From a bacterium (lineage in GTDB: Bacteria > JAHJDO01): 64,000 bases of DNA. Numbering within the stretch: position 1 is the first letter of the stretch; each line of letters begins with the position of its first letter. Positions 51,598 through 61,431 of the stretch are shown here, one piece after another. The DNA is taken from assembly GCA_030652805.1 (NCBI GenBank), contig JAUSPT010000032.1, positions 6,973 through 70,972 on the forward strand, written 5' to 3'. A program made the position numbers and the translations under genes. The notes below the pieces were generated by a model. It was not told the origin of the DNA. It did not search any database and saw nothing but the letters and a program-made list of their open reading frames with translations.

Positions 51598-52986
51598 TCA
51601 CTCCTTTAAACCAATTACAATATACTCGACAGGATATGCTTGCGAATTCGCATTGTCATTACTTGCAAACCTGCCAGTCTTTTCATCTCTTTTCTGCGGA
51701 AGTATCTTTGAAGGGATTTCTCTTTTTATAATCCTGTCAAGTTTAAAGCCTGAATGTTGCAAACTTTCCGCAAAGACTTCTGCATTTAGTATGTTTACTC
51801 CTTTAAGTTTAGTATCGCCAATGACATAGCAACATCTGCTACCATGCTTTAAAATTCTGAAACTTTCATCAAATACTTCTTCCATATCAATAAAAAATGC
51901 TTCGATTTCTTTTGCCATTTTCTTGCTTTTTGTAGACATTTCAAAAACAATGTCCCTAGCAATTTCACTTTTTAATTCTTTGTCTTCGTACCCTTTGTAT
52001 GAAGTCCCAATAAACTCTTTTTTGTATTCCCCTAAATCATCTACCAAGTCAAACCAGATTGTTGATAACTGATGTAAATCAGCATATTCATAGCTTGTAA
52101 CATAAGGACTTGAACTTACTATTAAGTCAACACTCTCATCAGAAACAGGTTGTCTCCTTGCATCATCAATCTTGATGTTTAGATAATTATTTAGGTTCTT
52201 TCCCATTAATCTCTCAGGAATAACACGATAAAAAGCTTCATTACCTCTCTGCATTTTCCTTAAATGCCTTCGCAATACGTTATAGGGCTTTATCTGCTGT
52301 TTTTTAAAATCTCTTGTTGGTTTTGTGCTCACCTGTAACCATATAGAACAATTTTTCAAGATGTGACTGAAAGCAACGAGGAAAAAGTCCCTGATAGTCC
52401 TATCTTTTTCGTTATAAATAACTCTTAATATTTTCCCAAGCTCAATCTTATTTTCTGTAGTGAACCAGTAATTAATTCTGTCTACATGTTTTTGTGGAAT
52501 TAAAGGATTGATTTGTTGTCCATCCAAAAATTTTAATCTTGATAAAATTTTTATTATTTTTTTATCAAGATATTCAGGATTTATAGGTGTTGCCTTTACT
52601 TTCGTCATTAGACAAGCTATTTTATTAATATCTGTTCCACTAGCTTTAAAGCCTCTCGATATTGCAGTGACTATAGTAGTTCCACAACCCATAAATGGAT
52701 CATTTATATGGGCGTTCTCATCAGATATGTATTCATCAACAAGTTTTTCAACCAACTGAGGAATAAATTTAGCGGGATAACGATGATAACAATGAGTCCA
52801 TTTAGCAGTATCTGACGGCTTATACTCTATAAAAGACCAATCTTTATCAATTTCTTTTTTATTAAAAACTTTGATAATTTTGTTAGCTAGATTTTCTCTT
52901 TCAGATTCAATAAATTGAACAGGAAAAATACCTTCATGGATGTTTGTATTGACTACAGCTCTCTGCATTTCTCTTTCCTCAAGCAC
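51598..52986 (-). CDS. DNA amino-methyltransferase, alpha-class architecture (motif I ... TRD ... motif IV)
   Basis: 462 aa. DPFMGCGTT (motif I) near residue 100 and SSPYVTSY (SPPY-like motif IV) near residue 290. Confidence 0.8.
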   Translation of the reverse strand: MLEEREMQRAVVNTNIHEGIFPVQFIESERENLANKIIKVFNKKEIDKDWSFIEYKPSDTAKWTHCYHRYPAKFIPQLVEKLVDEYISDENAHINDPFMGCGTTIVTAISRGFKASGTDINKIACLMTKVKATPINPEYLDKKIIKILSRLKFLDGQQINPLIPQKHVDRINYWFTTENKIELGKILRVIYNEKDRTIRDFFLVAFSHILKNCSIWLQVSTKPTRDFKKQQIKPYNVLRRHLRKMQRGNEAFYRVIPERLMGKNLNNYLNIKIDDARRQPVSDESVDLIVSSSPYVTSYEYADLHQLSTIWFDLVDDLGEYKKEFIGTSYKGYEDKELKSEIARDIVFEMSTKSKKMAKEIEAFFIDMEEVFDESFRILKHGSRCCYVIGDTKLKGVNILNAEVFAESLQHSGFKLDRIIKREIPSKILPQKRDEKTGRFASNDNANSQAYPVEYIVIGLKE

Positions 52987-53727
52987 CTATCCGCTTTTAT
53001 CCTTAATCACCCCAAGAGGATAAGTCTTTATTAACGTATTATCAATCCACTCCGCAGCTTTCTGTGGAGTCATAGCAAGGTTAACAGGACACTGAGACAG
53101 AACCTCAACCATTGAAAACCCCTTGTCTTCCAGCTGTACTTGAAAAGCTTTTTTGATGGCTTTTTTAGCTTTAATAATATTTGCCGGTTTATTCACTGCC
53201 ACTCTTTCTATATAAATAGATCCATCCGTAATAGCCAGCATTTCTGAGATTTTTATTGGGTATCCAATTAGCCTGGCATCTCTGCCTAAAGGAGTTGTTG
53301 TTGTCTTTTGACTAAGTAATGTTGTGGGAGCCATTTGTCCGCCTGTCATTCCATATACGGTATTATTTACAAATATTGTGGTTATTCTTTCCCCGCGATT
53401 TGCTGCATGAATTATCTCTCCTGTGCCTATAGCAGCAAGATCTCCATCTCCTTGATATGTAAATACAACTTTATCAGGATGAACCCGCTTTATTCCTGTT
53501 GCAACAGCAGGTGTTCTTCCATGCGCAGCTTCAGTCATATCTATATTAAAATAATGATACATAATAACTGCGCACCCAACAGGAGGAACTCCAATAGTTC
53601 TATCCTGAATGCCAAGTTCATCTATTACCTCACCTATTAACCTATGGACAATCCCATGCCCACAACCCGGGCAATAATGAAATGGTTTGTCTGTCATAGA
53701 TCTTGGCCTGCCAAATATCTTCTTCAT
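52987..53727 (-). CDS. porB: pyruvate/2-oxoacid:ferredoxin oxidoreductase beta subunit (TPP-binding)
   Basis: 246 aa. N-terminal CPGCGHG and a TPP-binding GDG region. Confidence 0.85.
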   Translation of the reverse strand: MKKIFGRPRSMTDKPFHYCPGCGHGIVHRLIGEVIDELGIQDRTIGVPPVGCAVIMYHYFNIDMTEAAHGRTPAVATGIKRVHPDKVVFTYQGDGDLAAIGTGEIIHAANRGERITTIFVNNTVYGMTGGQMAPTTLLSQKTTTTPLGRDARLIGYPIKISEMLAITDGSIYIERVAVNKPANIIKAKKAIKKAFQVQLEDKGFSMVEVLSQCPVNLAMTPQKAAEWIDNTLIKTYPLGVIKDKSG

Positions 53728-53729
53728 CT

Positions 53730-54812
53730 CTATTCTTTCTTTTTTGTGCCTTTGTGCCTTTGTACCTCTAATTCTTTAATTCTATTTACTATCTCTTCTG
53801 ACGTAGGAACTCCTCCACCCATTCTTCCATAAAAATACACAGGGCATCTTCCCAGAACCGCAAGTTTTACATCTTCAACCATCTGTCCTGCGCTCATCTC
53901 CACAGTAAGAACATACCTGACATTATTACTTATCTTTCTTATTATTGCTGATGGATAAGGCCATAATGTGATAGGTCGAATCAACCCGGCTTTTATCCCC
54001 TCTTTTCTCAAAAGAAACACAGATTCTTTGCAAATTCGAGCGCACATTCCATAAGCTACCAGTATTATCTCTGCGTCATCTGTCAACACTGCTTCGTATT
54101 CTACAAGCTCTTTCTCTATTCTTCTATACTTGTTCTGAATTTTCTTATTATGCTCTTCCAACTCTCCAACTTTCAGCATCAGAGTCCTGATTATATTTGC
54201 CCTGCGGCCTTTTGCGCCGGTAAGCGCCCATGTTTTTGGGGGAAGCTTCAACTCTTTTATTTTTCTTATTTCCAATGGCTCCATCATTTGCCCGAGGAAA
54301 CCATCTCCCAATATCATCACAGGATTTCGGTATTTATCTGCCAGGTAAAAAGCTCTGGCTGTCCAGTCATAAAGCTCCTGAACAGAGGCAGGCCCGATTG
54401 TAATAAGTCTATAATCTCCATGTCCTCCACCTTTTACTGCCTGAAAGTAATCTGCCTGAGAAGGAGTTATATCTCCCAATCCCGGACCAGCACGCATTAC
54501 ATTCACAATTACACACGGCAGCTCTGCGCCTGCAATATAGGAGATTCCTTCCTGTTTAAGACTTATTCCAGGACTGGATGAAGATGTCATAGCTCTTGCG
54601 CCGGCCGCTGACGCGCCAAAGACCATGTTAATGGCAGCAAGCTCACTTTCAGATTGGATAAAGACACCTCCAAGTTCACCTAATCTCTCTGCCATATATG
54701 CGGTTAATTCATTCTGCGGAGTTATAGGATAACCGAAATAATGCCTGCATCCCGCCTGAATCGCGGCCTCTCCAACAGCGCCATTTCCACTCATTAAGAC
54801 TTTCTCTGTCAT
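53730..54812 (-). CDS. porA: pyruvate/2-oxoacid:ferredoxin oxidoreductase alpha subunit
   Basis: 360 aa. Typical N-terminal MSGNGAVGEAAIQAGC and transketolase-like domains. Confidence 0.85.
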   Translation of the reverse strand: MTEKVLMSGNGAVGEAAIQAGCRHYFGYPITPQNELTAYMAERLGELGGVFIQSESELAAINMVFGASAAGARAMTSSSSPGISLKQEGISYIAGAELPCVIVNVMRAGPGLGDITPSQADYFQAVKGGGHGDYRLITIGPASVQELYDWTARAFYLADKYRNPVMILGDGFLGQMMEPLEIRKIKELKLPPKTWALTGAKGRRANIIRTLMLKVGELEEHNKKIQNKYRRIEKELVEYEAVLTDDAEIILVAYGMCARICKESVFLLRKEGIKAGLIRPITLWPYPSAIIRKISNNVRYVLTVEMSAGQMVEDVKLAVLGRCPVYFYGRMGGGVPTSEEIVNRIKELEVQRHKGTKKKE

Positions 54813-54822
54813 TCAGTATCCT

Positions 54823-56694
54823 CTATATTAATCCAAGTAAGAATACCCCTTTTTTTGAATATAGGCAAGTAGTAAATCTGGCTATGAATTCATTGAACCT
54901 CTCCTCTGCACCGTATTTCCAGTTGAATGAACGATATGTATTAGAGACTCTTTTGACCTCAGAGGCGTTATATAATATGTGTGTAATATGCGTGTCCCTC
55001 AATTTAGCATAAATAATGCTGGCATTCTCAGATGCGTTAGATATCTCCACAATATCGTTAACATCAAGAGGGCTACTTCCAACATAATCCCTATCGCAGT
55101 AGAAACTCTGATTCTCTCCTACGAATAGGATTTTACTATTTTCTGGTAACTTTTCATTAATAAATTTGAACGCACCATACTGGTAAAGATTTTTTGATAG
55201 GAATTCTTCCTTTGTTACTTTCCCATACGCTGCATCAAAAAAGTTAAAACCAACAGTCGCTGCAAATTTAAATGTGTTCCAGCATAAAAATCCAATAACA
55301 AGAATGTGTAACACTATTGAAATTATCTTACTCTTTTTAAAATTAACCAGAGCATATGCTGTCAATATACTTGCAACGGCTAAACAAGGAAGCAAGAATC
55401 TAATTATCCGATGCGTAAAGAACATCCAGAGTATAAAAACTAGTATAGTGTATGATATAAGTATTTTTATATTCCTATTAAGCCTGGTAAAAAATAATAC
55501 AGGCAATATTAACAAAATTACGCTCCCCTGCCTATCCAGAGGCATTTTCCATAATAGAGAGACAATATGCAATACGTTCATATCCTTTGATATGTGAAAT
55601 CTTGTAAACCTCTGGACAAGTTCTCTGTTCCAGTCAATGCCGCCAAAGATGTTATAAAACAACGGATATACTGGGTTATGAGTATATATAAGATTCTTTA
55701 TAAGCCATGGTAAAAAAGCGAGAGACGCAAAGAATATAAACAAGAGCACACTTTTGCATGTATTCTTGAGAATGCTCTCTTTCTTTTGAAGTATAAAAGT
55801 CATAATAAAAATAAGTGCAGTAGGAATAAAATATAATGCTCCTGTGTATTTAGTGCCGATTGCAAATCCACAAAATATACCGGCAAGCATTAACCATGTT
55901 GCCTCGTTCTTAGAAGACCAATTAAGAATACAAAAAAGCATTAGTAGACCATAAAGCACTAATCCAAGATCATTAAAGGCATAGGTTGATGATAAACACG
56001 CTACAGGCATATTATAAAATATTGCGGCTGCCAAAAGGCCTACATTCCTGCCGAAGTATTTTCTTCCAGTAACAAAGATTGTTAAAACACATAAGATACC
56101 TATAGAAAAATGTATTAGTTTTGCCAATATCTCATCCTTTATTACTAGGGCAAGGGTATAGAACATCTCTGCTCCGAAAGGAAGATTTGAATACATATTG
56201 TGAGGGATAAAGAATATCCTGCCGGCTCTCACATAGAGTTTTGGAAATGCAAGATGGTATGAAAGGGTATCATAGTTCAAAGGAGGTGCCAATGCGCCTG
56301 TAAAGGCAAGAAATATTGTTAGTCCTATTGATATTATCAAAAACTTGTTAAATGCGGAGATATATGGAAGTTGAGATATTATCTCTTTTGAAAATCTTTC
56401 AGAAAAGCTAGATTTTAATTTGCTAAAAAAGTATTTGATCTCCCTGATTGAAACTATGCATAGCATTAATAATACTGAGTACAGACAAAATCTATTTAAC
56501 CCTTTAGCAAAACCAATAAGCAGCACTAGAATAGATAGTACTCCCAATCCCAGTCCAAATGATAGGGACATTTCCTCAAGAAGGGACTTCGTCCTCAATT
56601 TAAAAAGATCTAATAGCTTTTTACCAAGTCCTAAAATTGATGTAAAAATAAATGCGAGCAGAATAATCTGGGAGAATATATATTGGAATTTCAC
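54823..56694 (-). CDS. large polytopic membrane protein (possible GT-C-like glycosyltransferase), unknown function
   Basis: 623 aa with at least 12 hydrophobic helices and a C-terminal soluble domain. Start overlaps the porD stop. Confidence 0.45.
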   Translation of the reverse strand: MKFQYIFSQIILLAFIFTSILGLGKKLLDLFKLRTKSLLEEMSLSFGLGLGVLSILVLLIGFAKGLNRFCLYSVLLMLCIVSIREIKYFFSKLKSSFSERFSKEIISQLPYISAFNKFLIISIGLTIFLAFTGALAPPLNYDTLSYHLAFPKLYVRAGRIFFIPHNMYSNLPFGAEMFYTLALVIKDEILAKLIHFSIGILCVLTIFVTGRKYFGRNVGLLAAAIFYNMPVACLSSTYAFNDLGLVLYGLLMLFCILNWSSKNEATWLMLAGIFCGFAIGTKYTGALYFIPTALIFIMTFILQKKESILKNTCKSVLLFIFFASLAFLPWLIKNLIYTHNPVYPLFYNIFGGIDWNRELVQRFTRFHISKDMNVLHIVSLLWKMPLDRQGSVILLILPVLFFTRLNRNIKILISYTILVFILWMFFTHRIIRFLLPCLAVASILTAYALVNFKKSKIISIVLHILVIGFLCWNTFKFAATVGFNFFDAAYGKVTKEEFLSKNLYQYGAFKFINEKLPENSKILFVGENQSFYCDRDYVGSSPLDVNDIVEISNASENASIIYAKLRDTHITHILYNASEVKRVSNTYRSFNWKYGAEERFNEFIARFTTCLYSKKGVFLLGLI

Positions 56695-56894
56695 TTATAT
56701 ATTTGAATCGCTATATCAGGACAAACTAACCCACAGAATGTACAGGATGTACATTTCTCTGGACAGGCAACCTCTGCAGGGAAAAAACCCTTTGAATTTT
56801 GCATCTTTGATATATTTAATGCTTTTCTGGAGCATACTGATATACAAAGCCTACACCCTTTGCATCTCTCCTTGTCTATAACCACGTTGGGCAT
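56691..56894 (-). CDS. porD: 4Fe-4S ferredoxin (POR delta subunit)
   Basis: 67 aa with two CxxCxxCxxxCP clusters. Confidence 0.8.
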   Translation of the reverse strand: MPNVVIDKERCKGCRLCISVCSRKALNISKMQNSKGFFPAEVACPEKCTSCTFCGLVCPDIAIQIYK

Positions 56895-56907
56895 AACAGA
56901 GCACCTT

Positions 56908-57810
56908 TTACTTATCCCGAATGCTTTCGGGATTTACTGAATGTCCACTCCACTTGAGCTTTTTCCTGAGTATTGTAAAAAAATCATTTTCAGGTAACGA
57001 AATTAACTTCAAAGTATATGGAGCTTTTTTTATAACTAGTTTATCAGGATGCAGCAAGTCAAACTTAATCTGTCCATCAATTGTTAACGCTATTTTATTA
57101 GTCTCAAATATTGGCTCAACAGAAATAGAGCTTTTTTCTGAAACAATAATAGGTCTGTTAGTTAGTGTATGAGGACATATTGGAGTGATAATTATCGCTT
57201 TTAGAGCAGGATGCACAATCGGGCCTCCGGCTGAAAGAGAATAGGCTGTGGAACCTGTTGGAGTTGCTATAATTAATCCATCTGCAATGTATGTAGTCAC
57301 ATATTGCTTATCTATCGAAGTCTCAAGTTTTAGAACTCTTGCAATTGCTTCTGTGGTTATTACTGCATCATTAAGTGCAGAAAAAGGAAAAATCTTCCCT
57401 TCTCCCTTTCTTAAAACATATCCATTAATCAGCATCCGATTTTCAATAGAAAACTTGTTGCCTAAAACCTGTTCCAGAACTTCGTATATTCGCGAATAAT
57501 TAATCTCTGTGAGAAAACCGAGTCCACCAAGATTAACTCCAAGAATTGGTATGCCTGATGATGAAACAAGCCTTGCTGCACTAAGTAGTGTTCCATCTCC
57601 ACCTAAAGCAATCAAGACATCTATATTGGATAATAATTCTTCATTTTCTACGGCAATTTTTTTATCTAAAAGCATCTCTGAGCAATCATGAGACACAAAG
57701 ACTCTTATCCCTTTTTTGCCCAACCAGTTAGATAAATCCCTAGCCAGTTTTAAAGCGGATAACTTCCTAGGATTACCGACTATGCCAATTCTCGTTATGT
57801 CTTTAACCAT
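56908..57810 (-). CDS. nadK: NAD+ kinase
   Basis: GGDGTLL and NxGxLGFL motifs. Confidence 0.85.
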   Translation of the reverse strand: MVKDITRIGIVGNPRKLSALKLARDLSNWLGKKGIRVFVSHDCSEMLLDKKIAVENEELLSNIDVLIALGGDGTLLSAARLVSSSGIPILGVNLGGLGFLTEINYSRIYEVLEQVLGNKFSIENRMLINGYVLRKGEGKIFPFSALNDAVITTEAIARVLKLETSIDKQYVTTYIADGLIIATPTGSTAYSLSAGGPIVHPALKAIIITPICPHTLTNRPIIVSEKSSISVEPIFETNKIALTIDGQIKFDLLHPDKLVIKKAPYTLKLISLPENDFFTILRKKLKWSGHSVNPESIRDK

Positions 57811-57825
57811 TGCTTTTTTTTTACC

Positions 57826-58788
57826 TTAAAACCTGAACTTAGTTCTGCCAAGCAAATCATGAAGGTGAACAACTCCTTCAGGTACGTCTTTTTTGTTAAG
57901 TATCAACAACGAAGTTATTGAGTATTTTTCCATTTTTTCAAGAGCTTCTACCGCAAGAGAATTCTTATCAATTGTTTTCGGATCTCTACTCATAAACGTG
58001 GTAACTTTTTTATTCAAAAAACCTTCAACTTTAACACTGCGCCTAACATCTCCGTCCGTAACAATACCTTTTAATTTCCTATCAGCATCTAAAACCAATG
58101 CAAACCCAAATCCTTTTGCGGAGATTTCTGCTATTGCTTCTCTCATCGTAATATTATGTTTAACAATTGGAATTTGTCTTCCTGTTTTCATAACATCTTT
58201 TACTTTGAGACTTAATCTTCTTCCCAAACTACCGGCCGGATGCAGAAGTGCGTAATCCTCTCTTTTGAAATCTCTCTCTTCAAGAAGCGCTATAGCGAGT
58301 GCATCTCCCATTGCAAGCGTTGCTGTAGTACTCGCTGTTGGAGCAAGACCCAGCGGACAAGCTTCCTGCTTAACCCCTATGTCTAAAACCAGATCGCTGT
58401 GTCTCGCAAGAGTTGAATTCTTTCCACCCGTCATCGAAATTATTTTAGCTTTTCTCTTCTTAAAAAAAGACAAAAGATTATTTATTTCCTCTGTCTCTCC
58501 GCTATTTGATATTGCTATAACAATATCACTCTTTGTTATCATTCCTAAATCACCATGGGAACCTTCTGAAGGATGAAGAAAAAGCGATGGAGTACCTGTG
58601 CTGGCAAGTGTAGCAACTATCTTCTTACCTATAATTCCTGACTTGCCTATGCCTGTTACAACAACCCTTCCTTTACATGATAGCACGAGCTTTACAGCAT
58701 CCTCAAAACTCTTATTCAATTTCGGAATTAAATTTCTTATTGCTTCTGCTTCTATTCTTAATACTTTTTTTGCAGTTTTTAGAATCAC
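57826..58788 (-). CDS. kdsD: arabinose-5-phosphate isomerase (SIS + CBS pair)
   Basis: 320 aa. An SIS domain followed by two CBS domains. Adjacent to kdsA. Confidence 0.85.
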   Translation of the reverse strand: MILKTAKKVLRIEAEAIRNLIPKLNKSFEDAVKLVLSCKGRVVVTGIGKSGIIGKKIVATLASTGTPSLFLHPSEGSHGDLGMITKSDIVIAISNSGETEEINNLLSFFKKRKAKIISMTGGKNSTLARHSDLVLDIGVKQEACPLGLAPTASTTATLAMGDALAIALLEERDFKREDYALLHPAGSLGRRLSLKVKDVMKTGRQIPIVKHNITMREAIAEISAKGFGFALVLDADRKLKGIVTDGDVRRSVKVEGFLNKKVTTFMSRDPKTIDKNSLAVEALEKMEKYSITSLLILNKKDVPEGVVHLHDLLGRTKFRF

Positions 58789-58792
58789 TAAA

Positions 58793-59614
58793 TTATCCCT
58801 CTTTAACCTGTTTATCGATAGATATTGCTCTTTTTAATAGATCCGGCAATTCTTTAACTGATATCATATTTGCCCCATCACAAAGAGCTTCATCCGGACT
58901 AATATGAACCTCTAAAAAAAGGCCTGCGCAGCCTACCGCAACAGCAGCCTTAATAAGAGGTTCTACAAATTCTCTCTGCCCCCCGGAAGATGTTCCCATA
59001 CCTCCCGGAAGTTGGACACTATGTGTTGCGTCAAATATAACAGGATATCCAAGGTGCGCCATTGTGGAAAGCCCGCGAAAGTCAACAACTAGGTTATTAT
59101 ATCCAAAACTAGTTCCTCTTTCTGTTAGTAAAATGTTATCATTTCCCGTTGAGAGAATTTTACCAATAACATTTTTCATATCCCATGGAGACATAAACTG
59201 TCCCTTTTTCACGTTTATCACCTTACCTGTTTTACCCGCGCTTACTAACAGATCAGTTTGTCTCGACAGGAACGCTGGTATCTGTATAACGTCTAAAATA
59301 TCCTTTGTCATAGCAATTTCTTCTTTTGAATGAACATCCGAGAGGACAGGGATATTAAACTGCTCCTTTATTTTTGAGAGCACGCCCAACGCCTTATTTA
59401 TTCCAATTCCTCTAAAAGAACTGACGGACGACCTATTAGCTTTATCATAAGATGCTTTATATATAAAAGGTATTCCTAAATCATCTGTTATTCTCAACAG
59501 CTCTTCTGCAATCTTAAAAGGAATTTTCTCATCTTCAATAACACATGGCCCTGCAATCAAAACAAGGGGAGATGTATTGCTTATCTTTATATCATGTAAT
59601 ACTATCTCTTTCAT
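58793..59614 (-). CDS. kdsA: 3-deoxy-8-phosphooctulonate synthase
   Basis: 273 aa DAHP/KDO8P synthase fold protein (LIAGPCVIE). Confidence 0.9.
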   Translation of the reverse strand: MKEIVLHDIKISNTSPLVLIAGPCVIEDEKIPFKIAEELLRITDDLGIPFIYKASYDKANRSSVSSFRGIGINKALGVLSKIKEQFNIPVLSDVHSKEEIAMTKDILDVIQIPAFLSRQTDLLVSAGKTGKVINVKKGQFMSPWDMKNVIGKILSTGNDNILLTERGTSFGYNNLVVDFRGLSTMAHLGYPVIFDATHSVQLPGGMGTSSGGQREFVEPLIKAAVAVGCAGLFLEVHISPDEALCDGANMISVKELPDLLKRAISIDKQVKEG

Positions 59615-59654
59615 TCGATATTTCCTCTTAGCTTTAAGTATTCATTCACACTGC

Positions 59655-59682
59655 GTCATTGCGAGTGTCAGCGAAGCAATCT
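59655..59682. repeat. Third copy of the GTCATTGCGAG...GCGAAGCAATC motif, upstream of kdsA
   Basis: Both 12-mers (GTCATTGCGAGT and GCGAAGCAATCT) are identical to the copy at 47412-47440. Lies about 40 nt upstream of the kdsA start. Confidence 0.5.
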
Positions 59683-59700
59683 TGCTTGTGCTGCATACTT

Positions 59701-60549
59701 CTATCCGGTAAATTTCTTGAACTTGTTTATTAGAAGCGCTGTGATTTTTCCGGGCTTTCCGTTTCCTATCTCCCTTCCATCAAGTTTTATTACCGGGATA
59801 ATTTCAGCCGCTGTTCCGCTCAAGAAGCATTCATCAGAAGTATAGACTTCATACCTTGAAAAAATAAGTTCTTTAACCTTCAAACTTTCCTGCTCGGCAA
59901 GCTTTATAACTATTCCCCTTGTAATCCCGTCTAACGCGCCAATGGATGTAGGCGGAGTGATAAGAGTATCATTCCTATATATAAATATATTATCCCCGCT
60001 GCATTCAACAACATTGCCAGAGGAATTCAGCATTAGTGCTTCATTAGCGCCAGCATTTACCGCTTCAATCTTGGCAAGAATATTATTTAGATAATTCATG
60101 GATTTTATCTGAGGATTTAGAGCGCTAACAGGTGTTCTTTGCGTAGATGCAGTTATGATTTCCATTCCTTTCCTATAAAGTTCTCTTGGATAAAGAGCTA
60201 TTTTGTTAACAATGATAACAATCGATGACTTAAGACACGTTCTTGGGTCAATACCCAGATCTCCTATGCCTCTTGTTACTATCAATCTTACATATCCATC
60301 CTTCAATCCGTTAACTTTATGAGCTTGCCTAACGGCATTCCTCAATTCTGCCTTTGATAAAGGTACTTTTAATTTGATCGCCTTTGCAGAATCATAAAGC
60401 CTATTTATATGTTCATCCAGCATAAAGATATTGCCATTATAGATCCTGATTCCCTCAAAAACTCCGTCTCCATATAAAAACCCGTGATCATATACAGAAA
60501 TATTTGCCTTTGACGTTGGAAAGAATTTTCCATCAATATAAACTTGCAT
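59701..60549 (-). CDS. ilvE: branched-chain amino acid aminotransferase (class IV PLP)
   Basis: 282 aa fold type IV aminotransferase (YGDGVFEGIR). Confidence 0.85.
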   Translation of the reverse strand: MQVYIDGKFFPTSKANISVYDHGFLYGDGVFEGIRIYNGNIFMLDEHINRLYDSAKAIKLKVPLSKAELRNAVRQAHKVNGLKDGYVRLIVTRGIGDLGIDPRTCLKSSIVIIVNKIALYPRELYRKGMEIITASTQRTPVSALNPQIKSMNYLNNILAKIEAVNAGANEALMLNSSGNVVECSGDNIFIYRNDTLITPPTSIGALDGITRGIVIKLAEQESLKVKELIFSRYEVYTSDECFLSGTAAEIIPVIKLDGREIGNGKPGKITALLINKFKKFTG

Positions 60550-60591
60550 AATAAAACCCCCATGTTAAGAGACTAAATTTTACCAATCCTA

Positions 60592-61431
60592 TCATATCAA
60601 TAAAAAATTGTCTATAAGTCGTGTTTCGCCTATACGACAAGCGATTATAATTAAACTGGTTTTTGAAATCTCAGAAACATGTGAAAAATCCTCAGGATTG
60701 ACTATGCCCACATAATCCAAGTACGCCAATCTCTCTTTTTTTATCACACTCCTCATGCATTCTAACACATTATCAGATTTCTTTTCTCCATTCTTTATCA
60801 TTCCCTCTGCTTCCCGTAAAGACCTGTATAATACCAGAGCTGCCTTTCTTTCCTTAGAAGATAAATATTTATTCCTTGAACTCATTGCCAAACCATCCTT
60901 TTCTCTAACAGTGGGTACAACAACAATCTTTACGTTAAAATTTAGATCTCTTACCATTCTTTTAATAATTGCAACCTGCTGAGCATCTTTTTGGCCAAAA
61001 TAAGCAATATCAGGGTCTACAATGTTGAAAAGTTTCCCAACAATAGTGCATACTCCTCTAAAATGTGCAGGTCTTGTTTTCCCTTCCCAGATTTTATCCA
61101 TATTTTCAACACTAATAACGGTGGAAAAACCTTTAGCATAGATATGCTTCGTATCTGGATAAAAAACAACATCTACTCCTGCCCTTTCCGCTAGTTTCCT
61201 ATCCGTATCAAAATCTCTCGGGTATTTTTTGAAATCTTCTCCTGGGGCAAACTGCATTGGATTCACAAATATACTCATAACTACAATATCACAATCCTTT
61301 CTTGCTCTATGTATAAGACTCAAATGCCCGTTGTGAAGATACCCCATTGTTGGAACAAGACCAATGCTTTTATTATGGATTACTCTCTTAGATAATTGCT
61401 GCATGTCCTGAATAGTCTTAACAATCTTCAT
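60592..61431 (-). CDS. panC: pantoate--beta-alanine ligase
   Basis: PTMGYLHNGH HIGH-type motif. Confidence 0.9.
   Translation of the reverse strand: MKIVKTIQDMQQLSKRVIHNKSIGLVPTMGYLHNGHLSLIHRARKDCDIVVMSIFVNPMQFAPGEDFKKYPRDFDTDRKLAERAGVDVVFYPDTKHIYAKGFSTVISVENMDKIWEGKTRPAHFRGVCTIVGKLFNIVDPDIAYFGQKDAQQVAIIKRMVRDLNFNVKIVVVPTVREKDGLAMSSRNKYLSSKERKAALVLYRSLREAEGMIKNGEKKSDNVLECMRSVIKKERLAYLDYVGIVNPEDFSHVSEISKTSLIIIACRIGETRLIDNFLLI

Larger units (their letters stand above)
47394..52990 (-). other. AT-rich six-gene restriction-modification/defense island inserted between porB and porG
   Basis: Six co-directional, overlapping or abutting ORFs with lower GC than their flanks. They interrupt an otherwise conserved por operon. 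No integrase lies within the island. Confidence 0.6.
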
